A stretch of DNA of 64,000 bases. Origin: Tubiluchus corallicola (Eukaryota > Animalia > Priapulida). Position 1 is the first letter of the stretch; the number at the start of each line of letters is the position of its first letter. The stretch is taken from NCBI GenBank assembly GCA_030141605.1, contig JAQGDQ010000425.1:124001-188000 (forward strand). Reading direction: 5' to 3'. Below, piece after piece: positions 15,201 to 29,960 of the stretch. Made by a program: the position numbers and the translations under genes. The notes beneath the pieces are model-generated. The model made no database searches, had not been told where the DNA came from, and saw nothing but the letters and a program-made list of their open reading frames with translations.

Positions 15201-17218
15201 TATCGATTCTTTAGGGGGAAAAACAACTAATATTGAAACAGATTTGAGAGGCTTATTTCACTACAAATGTAACAAATATTCAGACTTCTGTATAAGATGC
15301 ATTCTTCTCATTACAGCCTATGATGCAAATTATGCAAGAAAGTAATAATTTCTTAACCAACGTTTCTGACACACAACTAACGACTGTAGCCACCAAACCT
15401 GACAAATTTCTGATACTTATTACGCATTAATAGAACACCTAACAACGAGCACTATTCTGAGCACCACTATGCTGCACTTTCAATACGAGTTTGGCTCGTA
15501 GTTTCTCACAAAAGTTCGAGGATTATGGCACACAACACGACAGAGAGAAATGCTGCAGCTGCAGTACTTAACGCATGCAGCTTTGCAGCAGTGTGAACTT
15601 GTGTTGTTCACTGCATGAAGTGGGTGCACATCATTTATGCGCAGGGGGTTGGTAGACACTTGGGCCAAAACCTACAGTAAGTTCTTGCTGTGAAAGAATT
15701 TTAGTCCAAGCATACTAGGCACAAAAAGTGAACTGTTGAGTTTATAAGACAGCATAGTTTTATTTACGAATGAATGGAAAAGTTCAATTTGTCTATTCAA
15801 AATTCTTTTACTTGATCACTTTGCAACTTAGCCATGCAGTAAAACTATTTTAATGTAACAACAGTAGACGAAAATCATTTCTAAGCGAAAAGTAAAATTT
15901 ATCAATCATGAATAATTATAACTCTAAGAATAAATTATAAATAAATGACAACAAAATTAAAAGTTAATTTGATGTGTCAACAAAAATTAATTTAGAATGC
16001 ATGCATTCTAATTTAATCGGTTTTATAATGAAAATTTTCATCTTGCAAAATTAAATGGTCTGGCCAAGTCGTTAATCATTTCTACTGGACAACTAACAAT
16101 GCTGAAACTTTTCGCTTCCCAGTGAGCACACCTGCAGAAATAACACCTTAGAATTCAAAGGAATCTTTAATACCCCCCCCCCCCAAAGGAAAACCTTAGT
16201 AAGCCGAGTAAGTAATCTGTATTCAAAACCACACTCACACCTACTCAACTACCACCGTTACAATAAAAAATTTATAACTTCAAATTTATTACAGTACAAT
16301 TTCATCACTGTAAAATTTATGCAGCAAACATCATCCCACCCACAGCGACCCACCCCCATCCAGCGGATGTTAATCAAATTCAGAGGCGAAGGATGACTTA
16401 TTAGGCAGTTATTATTGATTTGATAACTTCATTTCATATGGATGATTGCCATAATAAAATATTAAATGATTCAAATAATTTAACCCAAATTTTACAAACA
16501 CAACCACTGATAAAATACAACAGTTGAACAACTAGTGCTGCTCAGTTAATTATGTCGTTTTAATCCTTCAAACCACAAGATTTACCAGTTAAATCCCCAA
16601 CATAAATGTTTCTTTTTAGTTAGATTAAATTAATCCGATACTAATCTATATGGATTACCTGTTCAATCAAACGACTTTTGTCCTAGAATTTCCCGACAAA
16701 ACATTTGAAAGATCTGCGTACATCCGCGTACATGTTTATATCATAACCGGAACTATTGTGCAAGAGACATCCTGTGAAATCTCGTGGGAAAACAAATTCG
16801 TTCCCTGGGGCTAAGGGGGACTTGACATAATAAAGCGGACAACTTTATACAGTTTGAAATTGAAACTCGACTGGGTGCAATTTATGGCACGATATTTAGA
16901 AAGATGACAAATTATAGAGTAGTAACGCTATACCCTAGATAATAACAATCAATTTCAAATCTCTAAGGTATGCTATACATATAAGAAAAACTTTGTGACG
17001 ACTGCAAAGTTTAGTGATGGAAAAACATCGGCAAAATGACAATATAAATCCACGAAAAAATCTGACGCAAAAACTTAACGGGAACTAGTTTAGATGCAGT
17101 CAACACACGTTGCAGATTGCCAAATACTCGGATAATCACATACTGTTAGACCGTTTGAAACTACTCTTAACAATTTGTACGCATATTATATATTATGCAT
17201 ATGCATATTAGATCCAAC

Positions 17219-17339
<121 letters not shown>

Positions 17340-18287
17340 CTACAACGGATTAAATTGCTACTTTGTTTGTACAAAGCTGAAGGATGGGATAATGATATGG
17401 GAGGGTTTAGCAGCTGGACACTGTTGACACATCGTGCTCCTGAGGTCACTTACCAACATCACACCACTAAATAAATACTCACACACAATGCAAAACCTCT
17501 GAAATGACAGTTGATAATTTATTATTTATAGCTGAGCGTATTGACAGTGTCACGAACTTCTGCTTATAATAGTAATTTTCCTAGGCACATCCTTTGCACT
17601 AAGGCATACAATTAATTTTACTGATATATTAGTGTTATTACGCGCTGCCTGTAACCCCGTTTTCATCAGAACTGTTTTAAAAGTTAAAAAATATTTAATT
17701 CCGTCTACGCCTTAAGAGAGAAAATAACATAAAAAATAGTCGAATAGGACCTTTAAATTAAGCAAAAACATTCTAAAAATAGAATGGATAATTTGGATAT
17801 GTACGGAATTGACCGGATATTAGATTCACGAACCGCTATAAAAATCTCTCTCCTTTTACCTTTTAAATTTACCTATTACCTATCCGAATTCTAGTTAGAA
17901 ATCTGAAAATATCCAGAAAATTCAATTCGTTAATTCACGTAATTAAACGCTGGACGGAGAAAAACGACCAAATGACTCAGTGGTCGATTCGCGAGTATCA
18001 CCACTACATAAACTGAAACGTGATACAAGTTCTGAACAAGAAATGCACTTTGCGTGATCTTACAGCACTATAAACGAAATCGCATTCCAAAGCCAAACTA
18101 CGCACGCCAAACCAACAGTTGCCGAGGACCAATAATGGGTTTTAGAGGGGCCCTTTATAGTGAAGAAGACGTTTAAATAATGTATAATTACATTAACCAG
18201 ATGTTTTTGCTAATATGCAATCACGAAGGGAAAATTTAAAGCAAAGTAACTGGTTTTAAAAACTCTACACCATAGGCCACAAATAAT

Positions 18288-18660
18288 TTAAAGGGAGATA
18301 GGATGATTTTTAATATACTAGCCCATTTTTGAGTCCGATAACAAGTATACATTTCAAATACCGCAAAAGCGTTTCTGGTAAAAATAATAGATTGAATGCA
18401 TAATTAACGACAGGCGAGCACAACTATTAATGACATCACAAACTAACATAATTTTCAACAGCAAAAACATTCCGCGAGCGTGTTGCACGTGTTTGAGAAA
18501 GCGAAAAGTACAATGCTACTACAAGATCTTCAGTGTGCTGTACTAAAACTAGACAAGTTTTAGGAAAAAAATTCAAAATTCAAGTTGGTCACAAATTAAC
18601 ACATCTAAACAGAGATGTACAGCACCTGGTTTTTGTGCAATGCGTTTCCGAAATGCAGGC
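18288..18660 (+). mobile_element. Non-autonomous DNA transposon fragment starting TTAA-AGGG (Kolobok-like); inverted copy at 38458-38880
   Basis: ~370 bp aligns by eye to the reverse complement of 38458-38880, e.g. gcaatgcgtttccgaaatgcagg / cctgcatttcggaaacgcattgc and gagcacaactattaatgacatcacaa / ttgtgatgtcatcaatagttgtgctc. Confidence 0.75.
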
Positions 18661-21144
18661 GCTAGTGTAGGTTATAGGAGGCAAAGGTATTGTTATGCTA
18701 CTGTATTACAATGGTATAAACCACTTCAAGTCCGTTCAATGGTTATTATACTAAGCTACACTTGTAATTTTAAATGTGAAGAAAATTTATAGCGCAAACT
18801 CTGCATGAGGTCGTGCAGCAGTTTCCCAGAAACCCACATAAAATTCCCTATTGACGATATCTTTTCATTTTCACTCACTGATGGCGGATCCAGAACAGCA
18901 AAGGGTGTAAATTATACCGCTCAGACACATGTCAAAAACTTCCTGAAACATACTTCCAAACTTTTAAATTTTTTTAATCATACAAAAGGTGTATACTATC
19001 TTTAAAACAATGCATTTCTCAGTCTATTATTGTTAAAAACAATATCAAATAGACAATGCTACTGTTCCACTTAACTTGCCCGTCATACACATTACCTACC
19101 TAGCCATGACTATTGCGGGTTTTTTGCATTTTCAAAGTAGCAACTCTAGGAAGGACTTACTTAAAGTAACAAGGAAAATGTGCTTCACACGCCCAGATAG
19201 GTTTCCAGCTCTACATCCAATGCAAACGTGTTTTATCCAGAACTATAATGCAAGATTCAAAGCAAGTGCGACCACGAGGTCCAGCACAAAGCTACCATAC
19301 AAGCAGTCTCCAGAATGGAACCTATAAATTACACATTAGACCTACAGAACCGAGATACCCCTCATGATCTTAAATCGATTCTGAATAATGGAATCTCCCG
19401 ATCACACTTAAAAATTATTATTCCAATGAATGAGTTTTAATAGGCAGTTCTGTAGCAACTATAATAATTACTGCATCACATTTCATTAAAGCTGGTCTCG
19501 GCGATTACGTCATTGAAAATGCCGTCTCCATAGCAACGCCTTAATTCAAAGTTAATCAAATGGCCGAGTTTAGCATATAAACCAACATCAAAGCGGTAAC
19601 CACCAAAGCGCCTGCAACTAGAAATTTCAAACTTTTCAAATGTTTGATGCTTTAGCATTAATCACATAGAAAGTGGGAGAATAAAAGCCGAATTCAACGG
19701 TGCACTAATGACAGTATTAAAAATATTTTTCTGCATTCCTGAAGCAGTAAAATAAAACGTAATTTTCCAAAATTGAAGAATTTTTCTGAGACATAACGGG
19801 TACTTTGACTTTTTACGAGTTTGAATAAGTTTTGTTTTTAAGCCCGATTAAACATTTGGTAACAAAATATTAAGCAGAGGCGTTCAAAACGACAGAGGTT
19901 TCCGTTCTACAGTCTAGCCTTGTGGCGCCATCTGCAGACAGTCAAATTAGAATACAAACAGCGAAAGTTTACCATCAACTAGATAATCTGCAGTTCGTAT
20001 CGTCTGTCCAGTTTCCCATTTACTCTAAAATTTGCTAATATCAAAGAGTTTGTCAAAGAAGTCAACTTGTAATTACTGTTGCTAATATTTACGTATTGCT
20101 TTCAAATACCAAAAAATATAAAGATAAAGAACCACATGCACACGATGTTTTTACAACTGGTAGTAAAATCATACATCCTTGCAAAAGCTGTGTTTTTTAA
20201 AAAAAACAGTTAGCCACAATAGCAGTGCACATGTACGCCGCCAACGACATGTGAAATATTTGAATTACAAAACCAGGCTTTCCCTTAAATCCAATGATTC
20301 CTTTTATGACAACGCGGCGACAAAATGCATTATGGGATTTGCCGATTTGACAAATCGCCACTGCAATTCTCCATAAACGGTCTTTGAGAGGATTTTAACA
20401 AATTACAGCGCGCTAATATTTAAAACTACAATTTGGCCACAAATTTAATTTTTTAACCATTGAATGGCAACAATAAAAAACTATACGTAGTAAAGGCTTT
20501 AATTTCTCTGGCTCAATTATAATTTAGAATGTTCTGTTTGCTGAACATTATTTGGCAACACGCAAGGATACGTGTTAAATAAAAACAGAAATTACATTTT
20601 TCATTTGATGACCTTAATGATCAGACAATCTATGACACGTTGAAAGGTTCTGAACACGTCTCTTTCTTCCAAAGTTATTCATTAATCCACAAAATAAATT
20701 TGTCGACTCATTCTTCCATTGTGCCATCAAAATCTCATCTTTCATGCTTATTCGCGATTATCTGAACTTTACCATAAACCAGAATCACCATATTTTCGTC
20801 TTTCTCACACACAACACGATTGTTCTTGTAGTTTTGCACAAACGATAGCGGCCATTCTGAACCAAAATCACGATTTTTTGCCAGATTAACGCACCTGCTC
20901 AAAAAACCGCTTCATCATTCCGAAACACATTATTCAACGTCGCAGTTCATTAATTGTTCTAACTTTACTGCTAAAGCCACCAAGCACTTTAAAAACTGCT
21001 TACTATGTACCATATAGTCATGACTTCTCCATTAAAACATTATACTTTCTCAGAGGTTGCCGCTAAAGACATTATATCCTTGGCCTAGTTTAGTCGACTG
21101 CGACATTTTTTACAAGAAATTAGGAGTCCGACAAGGTAACTCAC

Positions 21145-21172
21145 TTGCCACGAGTTTTACTTCCACCCTCAT
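21145..21172 (-). CDS. Candidate alternative srGAP start exon (MRVEVKLVA-N) within a 37-nt exon at 21145-21181
   Basis: Acceptor cttgctgttttgcag, then TTA ATT TAA ATG AGG GTG GAA GTA AAA CTC GTG GCA A|gtgagt; phase 1 fits exon 2. Confidence 0.4.
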
Positions 21173-24100
21173 TTAAATTAACTGCAAAACAGCAAGAAAA
21201 AGACAATCCAACTAGTAGAGAGACTTGTCACAAATAAGCCTTGTGGCGCGACCGGTATTACAAAAAGAAAGCTAAATTACTAACGCAAAAAATGACAATT
21301 CACCATTAATGAAATAAAGGTATTCATTAAAAGCCTCTTAATATTACAATATATTAAAATCTGTAAAGAATCTCATCGTCACATTATTGTGACTTTGACC
21401 TAATAACGTGGATCAAGACCTTTGACCTTTGACCCAGGTTATAAAAACACATTCTCGTAATCACGAGTCTCCTCTCGCAAACGCAATAATTCTACGCCAA
21501 ATTTAGGATAAATCGATTAGGCCTAGCCTGTGCTAAAGTTATTTCAACTTTAGTTGATCAAACAACAGCAGGAAAAACACGAAAAGGTGAGAAGGGTCAC
21601 TTTGAACACAGTGCGATAACACCATCGAACAAGCAAAGTAACAGACAAAACAACACAAAACATTTGCACTTTTTACATTAAATATTTAATCCGTTTTACC
21701 ACGGGCTAACAAGCAAACAAACAAGCATTACTAATTTACTAACATAAATTTACTGAACATAAAACATTGTCTAACTCGACCTGCTTCAACCTATACTTTT
21801 TTAATGAGATAGAAACAATAGATTGTTGCACTTTAAACTTCTAACTAACAACATTGCCGTTTTTTAGCCGTTTTCGTTGGAAATCGATAATAACTTAAAG
21901 GAAGACTGGCCGATTGTTTAGACTCAACCTCATTTTAATTTACTGTCCAAAATATACATTTTCTTCCTGTAAAAGTTAACAATTGTCCCTTATATTTGAA
22001 TAATTAGCTTAGAAAGTTAATTAACAGCAACACAGTTATTGCTTACGTCAGAAACTAACCACAGTTTGTGCAATGGCAGGCGTCTTCCCTTGCGGGTCAA
22101 GTACATTTGCCTAGGTGTTACAGCACAGTTTAAACGCATATGATGTCACGAAAAAGGGGCTTTACATCATATGACGTCAGAAACTAGCACTTCAGTTCAT
22201 GATCATCGTTATCACGGTACCGCCTATTTGTCGGCGCCGCGCACCGTCGCACGTGACAAAAAAGCGCCGCTGCCAATCTTAGTAGATTCACTGAGACGCG
22301 CGAAACTTTGAAAGTTTAACGAAATTTGAGTATCCAAGGTAATTATTACTTAATCTAAGCTTTGACTTAAAATAAGCTATTGTAGTTTTCAATGTTTTAG
22401 AGCATTCTTTAGTCTGAACTCGTGTTTACACAATCATCCGGTTTTCCTTTAAGAAATATACGTTTTATATATGGTGAGTCTGATAAAAAGGGCATTCAGT
22501 AATAGAAGTGCGCGAAACACGGTACAACATTGACACTAGGCAGGCAGACATAGTTTGACCAGTCATTAATAACGGGCAGTAACTGGCTGTCAGAGCCTTT
22601 AGAAAATATTTGCCTAAGCACTTGAGCAACAACAATTTTCATCTCTCAGAGTGGTGGCTATTGACGAAATCATGAGAAAAAACTGAAGTGTGTAGCCGAC
22701 AATCCAGAGTGGGATAATTCCGCGGGAGAGGGAGAGGCACACTTTCACAATAATCTGCGCGTCGTCGTCAAACATACTCACTATTTCTACAGCTGGTGTG
22801 TGACTCAGTAAGGATGGCATTTAGACAAAACAGTTAGGAATTTTCCCAGTGTGAGCCGGGCTTTAGACGCCTCTTCTGCATAGCGGATTAGGGTTTTTCG
22901 TTCTAGACAGCAGTGGGGTAGCCGGATGAAATGAGAGCAAAATAAACAGAGTCAGACGACACGAAATCTAAGAAATCTAGCCTGCTAATATATAACGTTG
23001 ATGAAATGCCAGAAAACCGTGCAGCATGGAGTACACAGGGCATTAATGTTCAGAAACTAGTCCAGAAACCGAAGCATTGTGAGTCTGGATTACTTCGCTT
23101 ATTGTGTTTTCTGCCCAATTGTCTGGATATGCAATTTAAAACGCCGATTAGCGAGTTGTCATGGAATACATTGCGTGAACACCGGATAAAGAATGCCATT
23201 TAGTATTGCCATACAATCTACTTTGTCATACAAATTTAGAATACTAACTTAGTGGATAACTCCATTGTGATATCACAATATAAAAATTGGCAAAAAGCTT
23301 ATAACACGATCAACAACAACGAGGAGAACGAGACAGGCTTCACGGTGAAAGAGACCTATTTATAAAGTTACAAGCGAGTGGCCACAAACACGAATAAATG
23401 GTTATAAATACATGATACTCTGGCTCCACACTGGCCCACACTCGTGACCCACCTATATAAATTTGCCAATATACTGGCAAGTAAATCACGATGATCGAAT
23501 TGATTAAAAACTGTTAATTTTACTATTGGTACTTCTTTTCTGCTACTATTTTTTACTATTAGCTACTGACATCCCATGGGGAAAGTTGCTAAACTGTCCA
23601 GTGTGAAAGAGCCCACACCCATCGATAACCTCTAGTGCCTTATTACTCATTCAGTTTTTTTCGACTACAGTTAAACAGCACTATATTTGACAACAGCGTG
23701 GATAAGGGGTATCAGCTTACACTTTTGCCGGAGCTAGCAAAGGAGACCAGCAATAAAAGTTTAATGTACAACGTCTGATGCTTGTTTAAATAAGAGAACA
23801 CCAAATAGTTTATGTAGAGAACTAAATGTTTATTGAGAAATAGGAAATAATTTTATTTGCTGAAGATTCGTTTAATAAAGGAATAATATTGAATACGCCC
23901 GAATTCATAACACTAGATACAATCGCTTTCAGATATAATATTGCAGAACAAATGTGTCAAAACAATTTATTACATTTACAGGACCACTTTGATGGAAAAA
24001 TTTTTTAGACAATTCAGTAAAAAATTAGAGAAATGTTTACAAATCTTGAACACGGGTTCATAGTTTTCCTTCAATTTAACCCGGAAAATATGTCCTGTAG

Positions 24101-25115
24101 AATGTATCACTATTTTTCAAATTTTGTTTTAGGTTTATAACCCTTCAGCAGTCACAATGGGTGCTAAGCTAACTTGTATTGGTACAAAGTACACAATTTT
24201 TTAAATATGATTAATTTTACTGAATTCATTATTACACATGGTTGCTTGGTGGAGCTATCTTAATAACTATAAGTCTCACAGTTTTTTCCGCTCATTCTTT
24301 TCTTATTTTCTTCATATTTCTTACTTATTCCTTTCTCTACACATACCTTTGTATATAGATTCTCCTTCTTGTTTCTATTTCACATTTAACCTTTCTTAGA
24401 ACCTATTATAAACTTCTTGAATTAATTAATTAATTATTGAAATAATTGTCTATTAGTGTTAAAATTTATCTGTTAAAACAACTTGAACTAAAATTATGCC
24501 ATTTTTTATTTGTTTAAAGTTAATTTCGGCACATAAAAATGCCATATAAAAGTTAAAAATTTACAATAAAACTACTACACGTCATGCAGTATTAAAAGGT
24601 ACAAAAATTTACAAAAAAACATAATAAAAGTATATACAGAAATTAAAAATACAAAGCATCAGCTAAAAGACAGCAGTTATCACATCAATAAATCATACCA
24701 TCTTTTAAATATTCTACAAATGATGTATATGTATGTAAAATGTATGCTATTATATTACACTACTTAAGTGAAATAAATGAATTGAAATAAATTGAAACTG
24801 AATATCCTCATGACTACTTTAGCTTCTACAATAACTACTGCAGGTTGAAATTTGAAATATTTCCAGTTCATCTCGTTTCCCATGCAATTATCAGCGTTCA
24901 AACTTCAAAGTAAATAGGATGTGCCAACTTGCAAGATTGTCCACTATTTACAAGTTCATGTATCCAAACATTTACAGCCCCGAGCAAGGCTGGATGGCCT
25001 GCTTAGTGTTTACACAGCAGAGATATTGTGCACGTTTTCACACTGATGATTTAAAAGCTGTTGTAGCGCCTAGGGCGAGGGGAAGGAGAGCAAGAGGTGA
25101 AAATGAAAGATACCT

Positions 25116-25441
<326 letters not shown>

Positions 25442-26424
25442 GGCAGCATCAAGGGAAGAGGGAGGAAAACAGTGGGGGAGGGAAAGAAGGCAAACTGTGT
25501 TGAGAAGCTAAACCTGACATTAAAGTAAAAGAGGAAAATTCGTACAATTCATCAATTCTGTACAATCTACTGCCCTCTTCAGCATCAAACAATTACCAAG
25601 CGGAAAATAACCACAAAAAGCTGCAATATAGAATCAACTGACAGCATGACACTAACTATAATTACCAGAAAACGAATAAATCTTTCTCTTTACGAGCTGA
25701 GATGGTAATAAAAAGCGGCACAACGTGCAAAATCGTGCCTACAGCTTGTGCAATGTATACTGCTTGATAACTGTAAAATTACCATACACGGTGATTGCTT
25801 GCTGTAGGAGACCATTGTTGTAAAATTCGTTACATTGTACATTGCACTGTGTACTGTACACTGTACGCAGCGCACCGCCAAAACTCACTAACAAAATTTG
25901 GTTAATACAGATGATTGTAACAGGACCGAAATCTTTCCTCATAACTAACATCAACAAAGGACAGTATTTACACTAAACCACTACAAACACTTATCCCCGC
26001 TTCACCATGTTAAGCCGCATAAACAATTTCATTTTGTACATTACAACTTACAAGAAGTCATATAAAGTTCAGAAAACGAACGCATTAAACTGTAGTCCAA
26101 AGATACTGCACAGTGCACAAACATCTAGGCACGCATAATTTAGTATGTGTACTATATATTTGCACTAAAACCGCAACTTTATTACCCACCTTATACCTAC
26201 TGCTACAAAAACGATCTACGGGTAATTTTTAAATAACGCTTCTGTTGGAATAATGACGACACCAAAATGATATTTTTCCATATTCTCTTCTTTGTTTTGT
26301 TTTCATAGAATTGTTAAATAAATCCGTAGATCTATACAAAAATTTGTCAATTCTAGGAATTTTTTATTATCCCTTAATTCCCTTTAATAATTAATTATTA
26401 TAATCTTAATGTCAACATTATTAT

Positions 26425-26975
26425 TAATAAGGGTACGAGCCAAGGGTTAATTAAATTTTCTTGCCAAATATGAAAAGTAGGAAATGTGAAAAATTGCAAT
26501 ATAGCCTGGATTTGAACCACATCTTTCTGCTCAAACCGCAGACGATAAGGACCACTCAGGCATTGCATGCTCCTAAGACCTATGATAAAGGCAGTCCAAA
26601 GTTCATCACTTATAGCTAGCCAACCGAATTCAACAGTTACATTTAAAATTCAGAAATTGTGAGTTTGTACGATCATTAATAATAATCTTAATGGCAAGCT
26701 TATAATAATTAACTAATTACAAGCGGAAATTTTAGGCTCGAATGCAATCAAAATACGAAATTTACCTAATTAGTTAGAATCACAATAATCTAGTATGAGC
26801 AATCAAACACAGAATTGCCTAAATTTGGTTGACCAGCTATAAGGAATAAACTCACTTGTGATCCAAGGCGCTACAGGAGGTGCCTGGTTCAAATCCAGGC
26901 GGCACAATACTTTTTCATATTTTCTGAATTTCAGGTTTGTTATCAAAAATATTTAATTGTGAGTTTGTATCACCA
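26425..26975. mobile_element. Palindromic repeat family, copy B, with inverted Pol III B-box-like motifs
   Basis: gcctggatttgaacca (26504-26519) and tggttcaaatccaggc (26885-26900) form a perfect 16-bp inverted pair; the arms resemble 7211-7560. Confidence 0.6.
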
Positions 26976-27049
26976 AAGGTCACTTAAGTCATGGGACAGT
27001 TCAAAATATATCTGCAATTTTTATCAGTGAAGAAAAAGATACTGAGAGC

Positions 27050-27100
27050 TGTACAGACTTGTCAGAAACAATGTGTACAGACTTGTCAGAAACAATGTGT
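27050..27100. repeat. 24-bp tandem duplication
   Basis: tgtacagacttgtcagaaacaatg x2. Confidence 0.9.
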
Positions 27101-28018
27101 TTAGCACTCGATTCTACAAGCTATTGACTAAGTACTGCATGCCTCTGAGCAGTTAAACTAAACTGCTATAAAAAACTTGCTTTGAAAATGAAAACACGAA
27201 TTGGTCTGTTCGTATAAATTTTCGCTCCCACCCACCTGCTGAAACGAACTCAAGCTGTTTCCACCCACCTGCTCAACTGTACTCGTACACACATGGGTTT
27301 ATTATCAAGAAAAACTCACTGCAGAAATAAGCTAACTGTATTAAAACAACGTATGGCAAATAATATAACATCTGCCTCGCATCTGCCTTTTCTTTTATAA
27401 TCGTAAACATGAGGCTCGAATTACAGTCAATATAATAAGTTTGGTTATAGCACGACATTTGCAATTTTGTGCTGAAAATAATTTCACAAAATCTGTTTAG
27501 AACTCACGATAATTAAGCTTAATTAATAATTCAATATCACGAATTATTGAATTGCTACACGAAAAATTAAGTTAAATTCTTAACAGAAAATTGAAATAGA
27601 TGAAAATTCAGTTGTCGGAAATATTTTTTATTATAATGCATGGTCCATTGAGAACCAAACGCTTTAATTTTCTTAATTGCAAAGAATTAATGAGCTTGTT
27701 GAATTATCCGACAACTAATTAATCCTTTTATCTATTTATGTTTTTATTACGTGCTGATTGTGAATTTTTCAAATGTACACCTTACTTCTGTGCATAATAA
27801 ATGAATCTCTGTTTTGTTGTGCGGAAGATGTAAAGTCGTAAGCTTAGCTTGTTAAAACTTAATTATATTAATTCAGGACATGGTCCCAAAGTAACTCAAT
27901 ACTTATTTCCAAGGTGGTCTCGATTATTATTACCCGCATGTTACTTCGATAAACCCGTGTGCTTGGTCAACGGATCGGCGGTACTGTTTTTTTTAACTCT
28001 TTGGTATTTTATATTACT

Positions 28019-28085
28019 CGGTGGGGAGCTGAACCCGCGACCTCCCAGATGGGAAGCCAGCACGCTACCACTGAACTACGCCACC
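28019..28085 (-). mobile_element. tRNA-derived SINE head or tRNA pseudogene (Gly-CCC-like)
   Basis: Reverse complement ggtggcgtagttcagtggtagcgtgctggcttcccatctgggaggtcgcgggttcagctccccaccg has A- and B-box-like motifs, but the anticodon stem is broken. Confidence 0.65.
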
Positions 28086-29599
28086 CACCAATTGTGTTAA
28101 ATCCGTTGACACTCTGTGCATTCATTCTTTTAAACGGTAATTTAATAAACGATACGTACACGTATAGCTAAATCAGAAAAATACACAGTGTCAGACCACC
28201 ACCACCACCACCACCATCATCATGCAACATGCTAATATTGTAAGGTAATAAACCAGAAAAATACACAGTATCAGGGAACCAAAACTATAATAAAGCAAGT
28301 CGTTTAGTACGTGTAAAATAGAGATTTCTTCAGTAGTTACCGTCGCCAATGGAAAGCTTGATCAGCACCTGATACTGTAATACTGATTACTGCGAAATTA
28401 ATTGCCCACACGAAAAATATAAAATTTGAAAATACCAGGAAACGTATCATCGAAATAAAAATGATTCAAAATTAATTAAAAAATTTACTTGAATAGAAAT
28501 TCATAAAGATCAAAAATTTAGTAAATATTTTTAGAAGAAAAAACAGTTCCTGAGCAGAAGAAAAGTATTGGACAAAAGGTAATGAAGGTACAGACTGCAT
28601 AGTTTAACAACGCTTAAAAAACCACATTCAAAGTCATTTATTCAAAGCTTTGCAAGTGGAAGTAGTAAATGTTTAGGCGCACATACTTTAGGCCAGGGCA
28701 TTAATATTGATACCCCCAAGAACTATTGCTGACAGGGTATGTAAATATTGGAACTTAGTACTTCACATACAAATAATGCTCAGCAGGTTACTTGTATATA
28801 CCACAGCTATTCTACAATAAATCATAAATCAAGCATCGCCAAAGACATACGTAGCACATATATCGCAGAATGAGTGTAAAGGTGTAGATATACCTGCTAA
28901 GCGTAAAATTTATTTGCGCAGACGAGCAAAACTTGTTCAATTGCTGTAGCTTATCTGAAAATACTTGCACACGCCTAAGGCATTTCCTGATATTCACTCA
29001 AAAGGATTGTCTGTTTGGTTTAGGTTCGAACCGAGTTCACTAATAGTAGGACGAAGAAAAAGAAGAGGGCAGTATGAAAGAAGGATGAAAAACACGATAT
29101 AACTCTATCATCATCATCATCATCATCACCATCGTCGTCGTTGTCGAACAGATTAGATTAGATTTATTTCTCACAAAAAGCCATGTACATTCAACGGTAC
29201 AAAACAATAATTGGAAAATGACAACAAACTAATTGCTTACAACACTTCAATGTGTGCTGAAAAAATCTTGTAAGCACTACATTGATAGTGAGAAAGGGTT
29301 AGGCAAAACAAGGTAGAGTTTAATATTGGGATGTGTATAGAGCAGAATGAGATTAGAAGTGCAGGTTAGTCAAGGGAGGTTAAGCAATGTAATATGTACA
29401 TTATAATTATAGAAGCCATCTCGAGAGGTTAAATACATTACATTAATTATATGTACATAATAGATTATGCATTACACAACTGCTAATTAAAATAAACATA
29501 ATAGACGACAATGCCGAACTGACAGTTCACAAAGATATACGTTAAACACATATATTATATATTAACAAAATGAACAAAAAAACACATAAAAACACAGGC

Positions 29600-29960
29600 A
29601 ATCAATAGTTTTACTAAACAGATAATTTTTCATTTCTTTCTTAACTTGTAAATTGAATGAACTTGTTATACAGCTACAGGAAGAGAATTAAAGATTTTAG
29701 GTGCAGTTATGCTTATAAACTCTTTCATTGTATAGGTTCTTAAGTGCGGTATAATGTATTCATTAAATCTGGTGTTATGGACTTTTGTGCTTAGACTCAC
29801 TGGATTTGCAAAGAAATTACGCAACAGTTTGTTATGGGTCGTATACATAAAGGTACAAACATTGCAAGGCACGAGATCACCAATCATTAACATCCGACAG
29901 TCTTTAATAAATAGTTTAAAGAGTTGTGCAACAACAGGTTGGCAATATGATAAACAGTAA
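29600..29960 (-). mobile_element. CR1/L2-type LINE ORF2 3'-end relic
   Basis: HNTRFNEYIIPHLRT...ISITAPKIFNSLP resembles the C-terminal HNTR..RT...GPKIWNSLP motif of these elements. Confidence 0.65.

Noticed and set aside
28019-28085. Functional tRNA-Gly gene
   Set aside because: The anticodon stem does not pair and the T-loop is degenerate; treated as a SINE head or pseudogene.
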